A DNA stretch of 64,000 nucleotides from Octopus bimaculoides (Eukaryota). Below are positions 11,639 to 24,495 of this stretch, in pieces. Within the stretch, counting starts at the first letter, position 1. Every line of letters starts with the position of its first letter. A program made the position numbers and the translations under genes. The notes under the pieces were generated by a model, which saw only the letters and a program-made list of their open reading frames with translations, ran no database searches and was not told the origin of the DNA. The stretch lies in assembly GCF_001194135.2 (NCBI RefSeq), contig NC_068986.1, positions 70,183,467 through 70,247,466 on the forward strand, read 5' to 3'.

Positions 11639-13400
11639 CACTGGGCAAGAAAAAAAGATTTATTGTCTGCTACCCAGACAAATGGTGCTGTACTAAACTA
11701 AATCGAGTACGCTGATTCCGAATATGAACTCAGAATTGCTGTAGCACGTCAGGATTTTGAGCTATGCGCATAATTATATATTAATACTATATTAGAATCA
11801 GGAATAGTTACGTTCAAGGTAAATGATTATTATAATAGTATATTAGTAATGCATATAGTTAATTTATGTTCAAGGCAAATAGTATTTTAATATAATAGTA
11901 CATAGTATATTTATGTTAAGGGAATACTCACCTTATTTTTTATATGCTCAGCTCAGAAAAGTTTGAGACACTTGCTCTTGCGCTTATGCGTCGTGCTGGT
12001 CTCCCGTTGTAGGAACCAGCAGTAGTCACCCATCATGTGTGGATTGAACCGGCCTTGATACCTCGTTTCCACCTCAGATATGTCCTGATGGAACTTCTCC
12101 CCATGCTCATCACTAAGGACACCAAGATTCGTTGGAAAAAATCGAGATGAAAATGGAAAAAGTGCATTTTAAAAGACATTCGGCATCCCATTCTTTCAAA
12201 CGCTGTTAGCATGTTGTTTATTAAATTAAGCGCTATGATTTCCAAGTTCTGTACAACTAACACGAATTAATCTCATGCCGTCAGCTCAACTGGATTCAGT
12301 TTACCTCTGAATTTGCTATCAGATATCAATTATCTGATTTCGGGTCCAATGAAAATGCCTGCTTTCAGTTTTGCGTCGCTTTTCTCTGCACCAAATTCTA
12401 CTTTTAGGTACTGGAAGCCACAACCATTGTGTGTCATTGTTTTTACGAAGTTTTTCATGAGGCCGAGTTTGATGTGAAGGGATGGAAGGAAGAGCTTTTT
12501 GCGGGTCTACCAGTGGCATATGCTGCACGTTGTACCGACCATCTCTTTTAAGCCAGTCTTTTACAGTGTAATGATTGCTGTCGTTGCGGCTGTTCCAAAC
12601 ACACAAGAAGCACATATTTTTTTGTATATCCCAGCTGCAGTCCCAGGAGGAGGGAAATCACCTTTAAATCACCACAAATATTCCACTTATGAACTGAGTG
12701 ATTAACTCCTTTCAGAATGAGTTCCATCGATTCAAAAGTTTCTTCCATACCGACAACATGACGCACAGGAATGGAAGGATTTTCATTACCATTATGTGAC
12801 ACCACAGCTTTGAAGCTAACCTTACTCGAGTCTGTAAACAATCTCCATTCGTTAGCCACAGGCGCGTGTCCTAGTTTTTGCATTAAGGTCAGTACAGAAA
12901 CAAGCATTATTTTCTTGCCTGAAAAAGACAGATAAGCCTTTATGGCGAGAACGGAAAAAGGAAATTTCGTACCTTGCTGTTGAAGATTCCGTTGTTGTAG
13001 TTTGGATCCCAAAACCTCTGCCCTCTCCTTTGGCAATGCTGGGTCTCTTACTAAATCGTTCAAATCTTCTTGAATAAACTAGACTGGCTCATTTTTCTTA
13101 GAATCAACTGCGTACTCTTCGTCGATAGGAGAGTCAGGGGGTTCATCGTGTGTCGTCGTGTCAAAAAGCCTGTGAGAGGGGAAACTGGGAAAGGGTTCTC
13201 GAAGTCATGTGGGATCAGTTTTAGAGACGACTTACAACCTGCATACACAATTTCTGCTTTGGTCTTCTTTGAGAAACCATTAATTATTAGTCATGCAAAA
13301 GTAACAATCAGAGACATGATTGATTGGCTCACATAACCAAAGTTGTCTACGTGATTCACACAGCCTCTCCTATTCATGATTTAACACAATGAACACAGTT
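11639..13400 (-). mobile_element. Chapaev3-type (CMC/Transib-RAG-related) DNA transposon, near-complete but frameshifted transposase, 5' end missing
   Basis: N-terminal EP.NH.SDCYFC (13290-13335), EWRLFTDSSKVSFKAV.SHNGN, KWNICGDLKVISLLLGLQLGYTK, PLHIKLGLMKNFVK, MSFKMHF.H.HLDFF, SDEHGEKFHQDISE.E.RYQG. CACTG-type terminus at 11639. Confidence 0.8.
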
Positions 13401-13435
13401 AAAATAGTAATCACGCAGAGCGAGAGATACACATA

Positions 13436-13543
13436 CCCGAGGCTATAGTAGAAGACACTCGCCCAAGGTGCCACACAGTAGGACTGAACCCGGAACCATG
13501 TGGTTGTTAAACAAACTATTTACCACACAGCCACTCCTGCGCC
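13436..13543 (-). mobile_element. SINE family A, 5' part
   Basis: Reverse complement of ggcgcaggagtggctgtgtggtaa...catggttccgggttcagtcc...ttgggcgagtgtcttctactatagcc. Confidence 0.88.
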
Positions 13544-13564
13544 TGTATATGTATAGTAATTTAA

Positions 13565-15660
13565 TAAATACGTAGTATTGTGTCCACGTGTCAGACACTA
13601 TCGCGTTTGTGATGCCAAATTTCGCAAACAGCTCTTGTAAAAAATTTGTCGCAGTTGAGGAGGTTAGTTTTTTTTTTATGAATGCTTGTAGCATAGTTAC
13701 ATTATTCGGCGTGAGCAGATTTTTTTTTTTTTTTTTTTTTTTGGATCCGGTTTTCGTCCGTTCTTATCAATTATCTGTCCCAAGTATTTAATTTTTTCAT
13801 AAAAAAAGATTCTCGCATTTTTCTTCCGTTAACTTGAACCCGTATTCTCTAATCTCGAATACTCTTTTAACGTGTTCTACGTGTTGCTAATGTGATTCAC
13901 TTTTCATTAGAACATCGTCCAAATAGGCGATAGCAAAATCAGTCACCAAGCATTGTATCTATTACTTGCTGAAGAGAAGCCGCTTAATTTTAAATGAGCC
14001 ATGGTGTGTATTAATGGTTAATAAGTATTTCTTCTACTTGAATTTGTCGATATGCTTCCGAGAGGTCTAATTTTGAGAAGAATTTCCCTCCATTCAATTT
14101 TGCAAACACTTCCTCAGGACTCAGCAATTGGTAGTCATGTGAGATTAAGCAATCATCCAACCCTCTTGAAAAATCTGCACAAACTCTTAACTTGTTGCTT
14201 TTCATTTTTACGTAGGCCGTAGATGCTGCCCAGTCTGAGTGGTCCGTCTTCTCGATTATTCCTAAACTTTCAAGTCTTTCAAGTTCCTTGTTTACCTGCT
14301 CTATTGCCGCGAACAGTACATTCGGTTTTGGCTTTAATACAGGTGTTGCACCTTGTTTTACTGCAATTTTTGCATTTGCTTTTGTGCAGAAACCCAGTTC
14401 CTCGTAGAAGATATCTGAAAATAAATGTTTTATTTTTTTGTTTCAATTCCTCAGACGCATTCGCACCTTCGACTGAACCGACTATATTCCCACACAAAAC
14501 ACTTATGGGCGTATTCCACAATTTGAACACTTCCATTCACTCGGTGAGAATATATTAAGTGAACTTTTTAGCACATATTTTTGCCGTTTCCATTTGGTCA
14601 CGAAATGTAACATTACACATAAATTCACCAACAAAATACAGTCTTTTGCCCATAACACTATGTGCGGCTTTTGTAGATTTAATTAATTTCGGCTTACTGG
14701 AATACTTCCAAGTTTCTTATTTACAATGGTAATATCACTTCCAGTGTCTAACTGCATTTTTAATCTTCTATTTAAGTTGCACATTCACAAATTTCCTCTT
14801 TGTTATATTACCATTTTCTTTCGACGACATCTTGTTTATTCTTTTTCCTTTGTTCCAGCGTTTTGTCATTTTGGTTTTACTGTGTGCTTTTACGGTCCAA
14901 TTTTTCCACAACAGAAACAGTGTGCTTTCTTAAATGGACATTTTTTGCTCAGGTGTAGACCTCCACATGCAAACATGGATTTTTTTTCCCTGACTTTTGT
15001 CCTATTTGTACTGTATTTTAGTACACACTTGATTTCTATTCTGCCTATTTCGCACTTGTTTCACTTGGGAGCAATCTTTATGTTCAATTTTCTCTATCGT
15101 ATCTTAAATTTACTATTCTTTCACACTCTTCTCATACTTGGTGTAAGGTTATAGCCTGGTTTTGTTCCAGCTTGGCGAGAATTCTTGTTCTTACTTCTGC
15201 GTCTGTTTCTGCAGTTAGTCCCTGAATAAATATCGGGCACTTGAACATATCTGACGTTAATTCGTCCAGCTTGAACTTTTCACGTTTCCTGTTAACTCTA
15301 CCAACATATGAGATGTAGTCCTCCACATTATTCTTTTCTAGGTTCAAACAATTTCAACGTGTATTGACGAACGAGATTTCTTCACTAAAAATTTTACACA
15401 ATATGTCTATTGTGTTTTTAAGGTTTATGTCAGAAGGTTTTTTTCAGGAGTCCGTAATTGATGTAACGCTCATGTTCTCCTGCTGCCAGTTTTCTTAAGA
15501 TCAAACGCGTTGTCCCAATCTTTGCACTCTTTATTGAAGATTTGTTCGTATCTTCTATAGTAAGCCTCGAAAGTAGCTCCTCCTTCGTCTGATTCGTACT
15601 TGAACTCAAGTTCGCAACATAATCTGGCGGGAACATTTTTTCAGCATTTCCTGACGACTT
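13565..15660 (-). mobile_element. Ty3/Gypsy LTR-retrotransposon internal remnant (gag, protease, RT, integrase piece), no LTR seen
   Basis: gag KCPIFIQGL..DAEVRTRIL.KLE, Cys-rich knuckles CGGLH.SKKCPF..AHCFCCGKIG, protease LKMQLDTGSDIT, RT LRVCADFS..L...KFFSKLDLSEAY.QI and AYLDDVL, integrase LFAKFGI...IVSD. Confidence 0.9.
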
Positions 15661-15699
15661 ACTATTCATTAATTGCAGCATTTTTTGCTGTAATAGTAA

Positions 15700-15915
15700 C
15701 TGTTGTTGTAGTTGTTGTTGTTGTTGTTGTTGTTGTTATTTGTGCTGTTGTTCTTGCGGCTGTAGCTGCGTTGTTGCTTCAGCTGTCGTTCTTGCAGTTG
15801 TAGCTGCTGTGTACGTGTGTGTGTATATGTATATGTATGTATGTGTATGTATGTATGCATGCATGTATGCATATATCTTTTACTTGTTTCAGTTATTGGA
15901 CTGCGGCCATCTTAG
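15700..15915. repeat. (GTT)n/(GCT)n and (TATG)n microsatellites plus a SINE A 3' tail on the minus strand
   Basis: Visible repeats and the tail tcttttacttgtttcagttattggactgcggccat. Confidence 0.8.
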
Positions 15916-16450
15916 GGTACAGACAGACACACAGAAGCGTAAATAGGTTGATTGTTATTTTCATATGCATTTGGCCCAACTACTGTTAAATGTATACATC
16001 TGTTCTACATCCTAACTTAGTATTAACTTGTGATATTCGGATTGAGATTAGATCGATAAGAATGTGTAACTGCCCAACACACTTAAGTCTAAAGCCTAAA
16101 TTACGAAATCATATCTATATCAGTTTTATACTGCGCAGTTGAGTTCTTTGGGGATAACTTTACCTTAACAAAGAGATGGTCAAGTCTAAATTATTTTTTT
16201 ATTCATTTCGTTCAATTCGTATCACGATTCATTCAAAACAATGACTAATGAAAAATCGCATTGTGATTACATTTGTTGAATTTAGACGTGAGATCGATTT
16301 GCAGAAGCAGGACATGTTCCTGAATTAAAGAGACATTTTCACATGTATTTACTTAAACTGCATTTGTCTTATTTTCCTAACTTTTTCCAAGGTTAAGATG
16401 TAGAATAATGTCGCATTTTTAAATTATGTTAAAGAATTGTTTGCTATTTA

Positions 16451-16968
16451 GGTGCAGATGTGGTTGTATGTTTAAGACATTTGCTTCCCAACAATGTGGT
16501 CTTCAGTTCAGTCCTACTGCGTAGCACCTTCGGTAGGTGTCTACTACTATAGCCTCGAGCTTACCAAAGCCTTGTGAGTGGCTTTGGTAGACGGAAACTG
16601 AAAATAGCCCTTCATGTATGTGTGCGTGTGTGTGTGTATGTGTGTGTGTGCGTGCGTGTGTGTTTGTGTGTGTGCATGCGTGCGTGTGTGCGCGTGTGTG
16701 TGTATACATGCGTGTGTGTGTATACATGCGTGTGTGTGTATACATGCGTGTGTGTGTGCATGCGTTGTATTTGTACTCCACCAATGCTTGACAGCTGGTG
16801 ATGGATGGTGTACGTCCCAATAACTTAGCATTTCAACAAAATTAACTGATACAATAAGTACCAGACTTTCAAATAAGTAGTGGGGTCGATTTGTTCGACT
16901 AGACCCTTCATGGCAGTGCCTCAGCATGGCTCCGGTCCAATGACTGAAACAAGTAGAAGATAAAGAGA
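16451..16968 (+). mobile_element. SINE family A, full length, internal (TG)n/(TGCG)n
   Basis: tRNA-like head, central microsatellite and 3' tail catggctccggtccaatgactgaaacaagtagaaga. Confidence 0.9.
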
Positions 16969-17002
16969 TTTATTGAGCGCTTTCTATTATTGTTTCAGTT
17001 TA

Positions 17003-17220
17003 AGGCGGCGAGCTGGCAGAATCGTTAACACTCTGGGCGAAATGCTTAGCGGTGTTTCGCTCGTCGCTGCGTTCTGAGTTCAAATTCCACCGAGGTCGAG
17101 TTTGCCTTTCATCTTTTCGGGGTCGATGAAATAAGTACCAGTTGGGCACCGGGGTTAATGTGATCGACTTTTCCCATCCCCTAAAAAAATTCAGGCCTTG
17201 TGCCTATAGTAGAAAGCATT
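17003..17220 (+). mobile_element. SINE family B, full length
   Basis: aaggcggcgagctggcagaatcgtt...gagttcaaattcc...ggggtcgatgaaataagtaccag...ggccttgtgcctatagtagaaa. Confidence 0.9.
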
Positions 17221-17499
17221 ATTGTGCTTCAGTTTAAATCAACTGGAATGTTGTGTTCATGACAAGTATTTCTGAAGCACACACACATACATACATACAT
17301 GCATACATACGTACATACATACATACATACATGGTATATATGTTCGAAGTCCAACTATACGCTAGGAATATATAATTCAGATTTCTCTTGTTGACATATA
17401 TGTCCTCTCTCACATATACAAACAAATTCAAGAACGAGAACACACGCACCTGACGGTCTAGCAGAAATAAACATATCCATTTCTGTGTTGTTATGCAAA

Positions 17500-17503
17500 G
17501 AAA

Positions 17504-17575
<72 letters not shown>

Positions 17576-17606
17576 AGAAGAAGAAGAAGAAGAAGAAGAA
17601 GAAGAC
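17500..17606. repeat. Compound (AAAG)n(GAA)n microsatellite
   Basis: Directly visible. Confidence 0.95.
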
Positions 17607-18367
17607 GATAATGATGATATTCCTATTGTTTCATCAGAAGGAGAAACAATCACGTAATAACCAATAAGATACAATTTGAGAATCGATTCTGCTATGAATT
17701 TTCCAAGTTGCAGTCAACAAGTTAATCTGTATTGAATCGTTCTTTTGTTAAGATCAGAATAACAACGATAACAACCTTGATAATTGTCCATAATGTTATA
17801 GCAATTTTTCTTATTTTTTCATTACCTGATTAATATGACATGGGTATTGAGCATAGAATCAGTTGAAAACTACTTGTCAGATATCGTATCCGGTCAACTA
17901 ATCAGAGGGTTACAGCTCCTGGCAGAAAGAACGTAAACAACAATTCCAATCAAGTCTTGTCGCAGACGTTGGATTACAATAAGACCAAGTTAATTTTGTT
18001 GTGCTTAACTCTACTTATAGTCGTCAACTTCATTAACTAGCGTTCTTATTACGTGCCTTCATGTCTACAGTTGCCGTCCATATTATTGTATTTCTATGGA
18101 AACTAATTAGTGTAGATTTGTAATTTGTTATTACTTAATCAGGCAACCTGTACATTAGTTATTGCAATGCTTGTTGTTATTATTTATCGGAGATATCATT
18201 ACTCATTTGTTTTAAACATATCTAATCTTTGAGATATGGCTACATTCTACTGCACATTCCAACGTCAGTAGAGAGTCAATCAGCTATTCATACTTTTCTG
18301 ATGTAAATAAATGTATCAATAAGTTCGTACTGAACTATATATTTCTATGCACGTCTTCATGCTGGTG

Positions 18368-18424
<57 letters not shown>

Positions 18425-19469
18425 AACAACAACAAAGTAAGTTTTCATAAACACGATAGTGATCGTTACTCATATCAGAATCAAATTTCGAAATTCTTTC
18501 TCTATTCTAATTGTATGACCTATGAGGAATTCTACCAATGAAACTGAATTTAATTTCGCTACAACTGGCTAATTTAAGGAGATTAAAGGTGATATGATGG
18601 CCGTATTACGAAATTACATATACTTTTACACGCATGCACATACACGCACACGCGCAAACACATATACACACAGCAAACAAAACACACACAAAACACGCAT
18701 ATATATATAAACGATATATGTATATACATAAATGTGTGCGTGTATATGTATATATATATATATNNNNNNNNNNNNNNNNNNNNNNNNNNNNNNNNNNNNN
18801 NNNNNNNNNNNNNNNNNNNNNNNNNNNNNNNNNNNNNNNNNNNNNNNNNNNNNNNNNNNNNNNNNNNNNNNNNNNNNNNNNNNNNNNNNNNNNNNNNNNN
18901 NNNNNNNNNNNNNNNNNNNNNNNNNNNNNNNNNNNNNNNNNNNNNNNNNNNNNNNNNNNNNNNNNNNNNNNNNNNNNNNNNNNNNNNNNNNNNNNNNNNN
19001 NNNNNNNNNNNNNNNNNNNNNNNNNNNNNNNNNNNNNNNNNNNNNNNNNNNNNNNNNNNNNNNNNNNNNNNNNNNNNNNNNNNNNNNNNNNNNNNNNNNN
19101 NNNNNNNNNNNNNNNNNNNNNNNNNNNNNNNNNNNNNNNNNNNNNNNNNNNNNNNNNNNNNNNNNNNNNNNNNNNNNNNNNNNNNNNNNNNNNNNNNNNN
19201 NNNNNNNNNNNNNNNNNNNNNNNNNNNNNNNNNNNNNNNNNNNNNNNNNNNNNNNNNNNNNNNNNNNNNNNNNNNNNNNNNNNNNNNNNNNNNNNNNNNN
19301 NNNNNNNNNNNNNNNNNNNNNNNNNNNNNNNNNNNNNNNNNNNNNNNNNNNNNNNNNNNNNNNNNNNNNNNNNNNNNNNNNNNNNNNNNNNNNNNNNNNA
19401 TATATATATATATACACATATATACATATACATGGATATCGTTATATTTGTTTGTGGTCGAAATAAATG

Positions 19470-19545
19470 TTGGCTGGCTGGTTGGTTGGTTGGTTGGTTG
19501 GTTGGTTGGTTGGTTGGTTGGTTGGTTGGTCGGTTGGTCGGTTGG
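19470..19545. repeat. (TTGG)n microsatellite
   Basis: Directly visible. Confidence 0.95.
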
Positions 19546-19722
19546 GTTTGAGTCTCTATTCACCCATCGTATAGGGAGAGGGAGAAAGAGAGTAAAAGAC
19601 GGATACAGAGAGAGTTGACATAAGAGNNNNNNNNNNACAGAGAGAGTTGACATAAGAGGTGCAGGACAAGTGCACAAGCTACACTTGAGAGATAATGAGT
19701 ACATGAACGCTACGCACCCGCT

Positions 19723-19768
<46 letters not shown>

Positions 19769-20254
19769 TGCAAAAAGGAATTACGGCAACGGAGAATGAG
19801 ATGGAGTACATATATGTGTGTGTGTGTGTGTGTGTGTACAGAGAGAGAAAGAGAGAAAGAAAGAAAGTGAGAGAGAGGCCGCTAGCCAAACAGATAGACA
19901 AACTTACAGAAAGCTAGACAGACAAACTGACAGAGAGTCAGTATGTATGTGTGAACATCCTTAATATGAAATCAAGAGGCAGAATAATTTTATTTTCAAT
20001 TTTCTGTTTTACATTTTTAATAGTTTTATTTCATTTTATTTTAAGTTAATAATTTTTTTTCTCTGGAAAATTACTATTCAATTCAATTTTTTTATAAGCA
20101 CCGAGAAATTTAATAAAATTTAAATTATAATTATTGCATTTACTCCATATTTTTTTGTATTATTCATGATAGTAAAAGTATATTTTCAAAATTACACATC
20201 ATATGATGGGTAACATTTAATCCAGACACATTTATTTCCTCTCTCTGTTTTCTT

Positions 20255-20400
20255 TTCTTTGTGCTTTCTCTCCTAATTCCTTTCTGTCGAAGAGCGTAGG
20301 CTCGAATTATCAAAGACTTTTTTAATTTTTGCTGAGTGTCAAACTAATACATTTTGTTGTTTCTTCACCTGTCTCTGTCCTTTGTTTTTGCACATTTGAA
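20255..20400 (+). mobile_element. Non-autonomous repeat with hammerhead-like motif (copy 2)
   Basis: cctttCTGTCGAAGAGCGTAGGCTCGAAttatcaaagac...gagtgtcaaactaatacat. Homologous to 5955-6100. Confidence 0.6.
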
Positions 20401-20404
20401 CCAT

Positions 20405-20462
<58 letters not shown>

Positions 20463-21504
20463 GCGTGTGAGTGCGTGTGTGAGTGTGTGTATGCGTGTGT
20501 GTGTGTGTCTGACTGTCTGTGTGTGTGTATGTGCTTGCGTATGTGTATATGTGAATGTGTGCTCGAACGTGGGTATGTATAAATGCATATGAATGTTCTT
20601 GCTAATACTCACATATAAATGTATTAGTGTGAGTGCTAATGTGCTTGCGATAGTTCACATAATGGGAATACATTTGAAGTGGTTGCCATATCAATGTTCT
20701 TGAAAATACGCTGCCATTCCTCAAAACCAGCGGAGCGTAAAATTTCTACAACTCATGCTCCGCTTCCTGTCTCTAATCTTTTTTTAAGCCTTATTTTGTT
20801 CACCTTTTATGTTCCACTCTTCCTTCTGACCACATAACTTTTCATTATTAATGTTATTTATTGATGTTATTTATTTATATATTTATTTATTCACCCTAAA
20901 TTAATACTAGATTGGTCAGCCTAACCTTTGGAAAATATTTATATCTTAGTACCCATATCTTTCTTCGACAACATCTTCTTTGATAAACCTCTTTTATTGT
21001 TTACTTTTATATTTTTCTGTTTATTTGGAATTTGGGTATGCTTTTTGCTTTTTTTTTTTTTACTGTTTTTATTTACTGCTTCTTCCTCTGAATTTGTACT
21101 GTTCTATGGACGTTGCTCTCTTAAAAGAAAGATAACTGGATAACACCATTAGTACGAAAGGTTAGGAAGGTAAAGGGGTGGATGAAATACTGCAATTGAA
21201 TAAATTAAAGGAAGTTAAGAGGAGTTAAAAGAAGTTAGAAGCAGTAAAGAACAAGACAAGAGAAGAAATCTCAAAACACCGCTTAAAGAAACAATTGCTT
21301 AAAGAAAATGTTTTTTAAAAGCTTAGCTTTAAAAGCTTCACAAACTTAAAAAAAAAAAAACCTCGAAAAAAATGTTTCTGAAACAATTCACAAATCCACT
21401 GATTACCTACATTATACCATAATTATGTAGCCTGAGATATACCAGTACATTATCCTCACCAGTCTCGCTGGGCCATGTATCTTTTCCTTAAAGGCTACTG
21501 TAAA

Positions 21505-21545
21505 GAAGATCTGAAGAAGGAACTTTGATCCGAAAGCGCCCGCGT
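21505..21545 (+). ncRNA. Degenerate hammerhead-ribozyme-like core
   Basis: CTGAAGA-A-GGA actttga TCC-GAAA-GCGC. Core and stem II are present, but stem I and the cleavage triplet are not intact. Confidence 0.35.
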
Positions 21546-21990
21546 GAACCTAACAACTAGTAACAAGGCTATCCACAGATTACCTTTACTATACCAAAAC
21601 CACGTTGTCTGAGATATATCAGCACATTGCTCCTTTAATGTAAATCATAAATTGCAACATGCAGTATACATCTATTGCCTGTTAAGCATATTCTCTATGG
21701 TAGAGGTGATGTTTTTAACTATCATGAATCGTTCTCAGGATTAATCTGTTGGTTCCTATATCAGCCCCTTCTATGTATGGGTATACGCACGCACATATAT
21801 CCATGTATATGTATATTTGATATGTGTGTTAATATTGATATAACATTTATTATATGACTATCAATATTGTAGACAAATATAATAAACCTCTATTTTCTCA
21901 CCTCACTTTTTTTATCTGCTCTCACACACACAAACACACACACACGCACATTCACACACACACACACACACACGCACACACACACACACG

Positions 21991-22021
<31 letters not shown>

Positions 22022-22737
22022 NNNNNNNNNNNNNNNNNNNNNNNNNNNNNNNNNNNNNNNNNNNNNNNNNNNNNNNNNNNNNNNNNNNNNNNNNNNNNNN
22101 NNNNNNNNNNNNNNNNNNNNNNNNNNNNNNNNNNNNNNNNNNNNNNNNNNNNNNNNNNNNNNNNNNNNNNNNNNNNNNNNNNNNNNNNNNNNNNNNNNNN
22201 NNNNNNNNNNNNNNNNNNNNNNNNNNNNNNNNNNNNNNNNNNNNNNNNNNNNNNNNNNNNNNNNNNNNNNNNNNNNNNNNNNNNNNNNNNNNNNNNNNNN
22301 NNNNNNNNNNNNNNNNNNNNNNNNNNNNNNNNNNNNNNNNNNNNNNNNNNNNNNNNNNNTAAGATTCAGTTGAATTAGATACTTAAGTTGAAGCACCAAG
22401 TCAGTCTGGCATTATCCGCACAGCTCGAAGTAAGGCGAATAAAATCAAAACAAGTAACAAGATTTCAAGTAGTAATGCAGTACGACCGTTTCAAGCGATT
22501 CCGTTTAATTGAACAATGCATTCATTACATCAATTTAAATACTTGAAACCCTGTTACTTATTTTGATTTCATATATGCGGGTGTGTGTATTTTTTAATTC
22601 TTTTATTGTTTCAGTAATTTGACTGCAGCCATGCTGGAGCACCTCTTTTTAAAGCTTAGTGCTTATTCTAGTACTTTCATTTGCCGAACCGCTAAGTTAT
22701 GGGGGTGTAATCACACCAACACCAGTTGGTGGAATAA

Positions 22738-23117
22738 TGTTGGCACTCCGTCGCTTACGATGACGAGGGTTCCAGTTGATCCGATCAACGGAACAGCCTG
22801 CTCGTGAGATTAACGTGCAAGTGGCTGAGCACTCCACAGACACGTGTACCCTTAACGTAGTTCTCGGGGATATTCGGCGTGACACAGTGTGACAAGACTG
22901 GCCCTTTGAAATACAGGTACAACAGAAACAGGAAGAACGAGTGAGAGAAAGTTTTGGTGAAGGAGTACAGCAGGGTTCGCTACCATCCCCTGTCGGAGCC
23001 TCGTAGAGCTTTAGGTGTTTTCGCTCAATAAACACTCACAATGCCCGGTCTGGGAATCGAAATCGTGATCCTATGACCGCGAGTCCGCTGCCCTAACCAC
23101 TGGGCCATTGCGCCTCC
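22738..23117 (-). mobile_element. SINE family C nested in SINE A, 11-bp TSD
   Basis: Full reverse-complement copy. tggtggaataa at 22727-22737 and 23120-23130. Confidence 0.92.
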
Positions 23118-23189
23118 ACTGGTGGAATAAACATAGATACAAACACACACACACATACACACATGCACACACACATACACACGCACATA

Positions 23190-23644
23190 TACAGGTTGGG
23201 TGCGATTTTATGTTTCATGTTTTTAATTTCGCGTATGTGCATTATTTGTTTTTATTTTGTCGACAACACAGTATAGTAGGGTCAGTTGGACACCGTCTGT
23301 GAGAAAAACAGCACCAGACAATTTCTGCGACTACATTACCACTAACATCTGGCCGCCTAACTCCTCAGACTGTAACCCCCATGATTATTATGCGTGTGGT
23401 GCAGTTGAGCGAGAAACCAACAAAACTCCTTGTAACACCAACGATGAAATGAAGGCAAGGGTTATGGCAGCATTCACCAACTTAAACAAGGAGACCGGCC
23501 AGAAGAGTTGCAGAAGATTCCGAAGTCGTCTAGTGGCCATGGTTGAAGCCAACGGCGGTTTTATTGAATAAATTCACTCTTTAGTATTTCAAGATATTTT
23601 AATGTAATTTTGGTAAATATATGTGTTAAAATGAAGTGTCAGTG

Positions 23645-23645
<1 letters not shown>
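23190..23645 (+). mobile_element. Tc1/mariner (DD37D/maT-like) transposase C-terminal fragment
   Basis: ORF 23257-23571: IWPPNSSDCNPHDYYACGAVERETN...FRSRLVAMVEANGGFIE (cf. WPPNSPD.NPLDY.VWG). Confidence 0.85.
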
Positions 23646-23677
<32 letters not shown>

Positions 23678-24368
23678 TTATACACGGCGGACTATTTTCG
23701 GTTTCCGTCTATTAAATCCATTCACAAGGTTTTGATCAGCCCGAGGTTATAGTAGAAGACACTTACCCAAGGTGCCATGCAGTGAAACTGAACCCGAGGC
23801 CGTGGGGTTGCAAAGAAAATTTCTTGCCACACAGACACCTATCCAAAATGTACGTGCATTTTAGAGATTATTCAACAGTTCATGTTGTATAACGTTACCA
23901 TTACGTTTCAATTTGATGCCAATATTCGCGTAAGCGAAATTACGGACTTATTAGCATGTGTATTTTGCTAGAACTATTTACTGTAGTAAACAATGACACT
24001 ATTGAAATCTTTATAAATTATTCAAATAGCATCAATAGCAAACACTTAATTTGCCCATCAATAGCAAATACATCAGTGCCCTGTCCAGGATTTAATTTCC
24101 TGACAAGTTCAATGAGATGAATCTAAGATATAAGAAATGTCTGATAGTGATTTAGAGAAAGCTTCTTTGTGAGTCATTTCATTAATAAAGACCTCCCTTA
24201 ATAAACTACTGTCAGTAAACCGTCTTAGTAATTCAACTAATAACTTGAATTAGAAATTTACTATTTCTACATTGGGGATTAATTGAAGTCATTTTGAACA
24301 GAGAGCATTGCCGACGTTAAAGATGCGAAATATTCTCGACTGAGATCGCGAAGACAGCGCTACGGGCA

Positions 24369-24495
24369 TGTTGAGTTTCTATTTACAAGAGATTACGGAC
24401 TTGCTTCTACGATTGAGTAATATTTTATATGCTAGATGTATTTTGAGCACTTCTACTGTGAAAAGTCTACACCCTTCTTTTATTTCCGATGTATG
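24369..24495 (-). repeat. 127-bp exact inverted copy of 10173-10299
   Basis: Base-by-base reverse-complement identity. It ends at the N-gap. Confidence 0.95.

Larger units (their letters stand above)
22605..23845 (-). mobile_element. SINE family A split by two nested insertions
   Basis: 3' part at 22605-22737, (CA)n middle at 23131-23190 and 5' head at 23680-23845, all minus strand and collinear. Confidence 0.75.

Noticed and set aside
19605-19660. Direct repeat acagagagagttgacataagag either side of a 10-N gap (same pattern at 42985-43064)
   Set aside because: Typical unmerged contig-overlap artefact of scaffolding.
10173-24495. 127-bp inverted repeats as TIRs of a 14-kb giant DNA transposon
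   Set aside because: The interior is a patchwork of old unrelated TEs with no transposase or polymerase cassette. The right copy lies inside a SINE C TSD pair, which a templated-capture model explains better.
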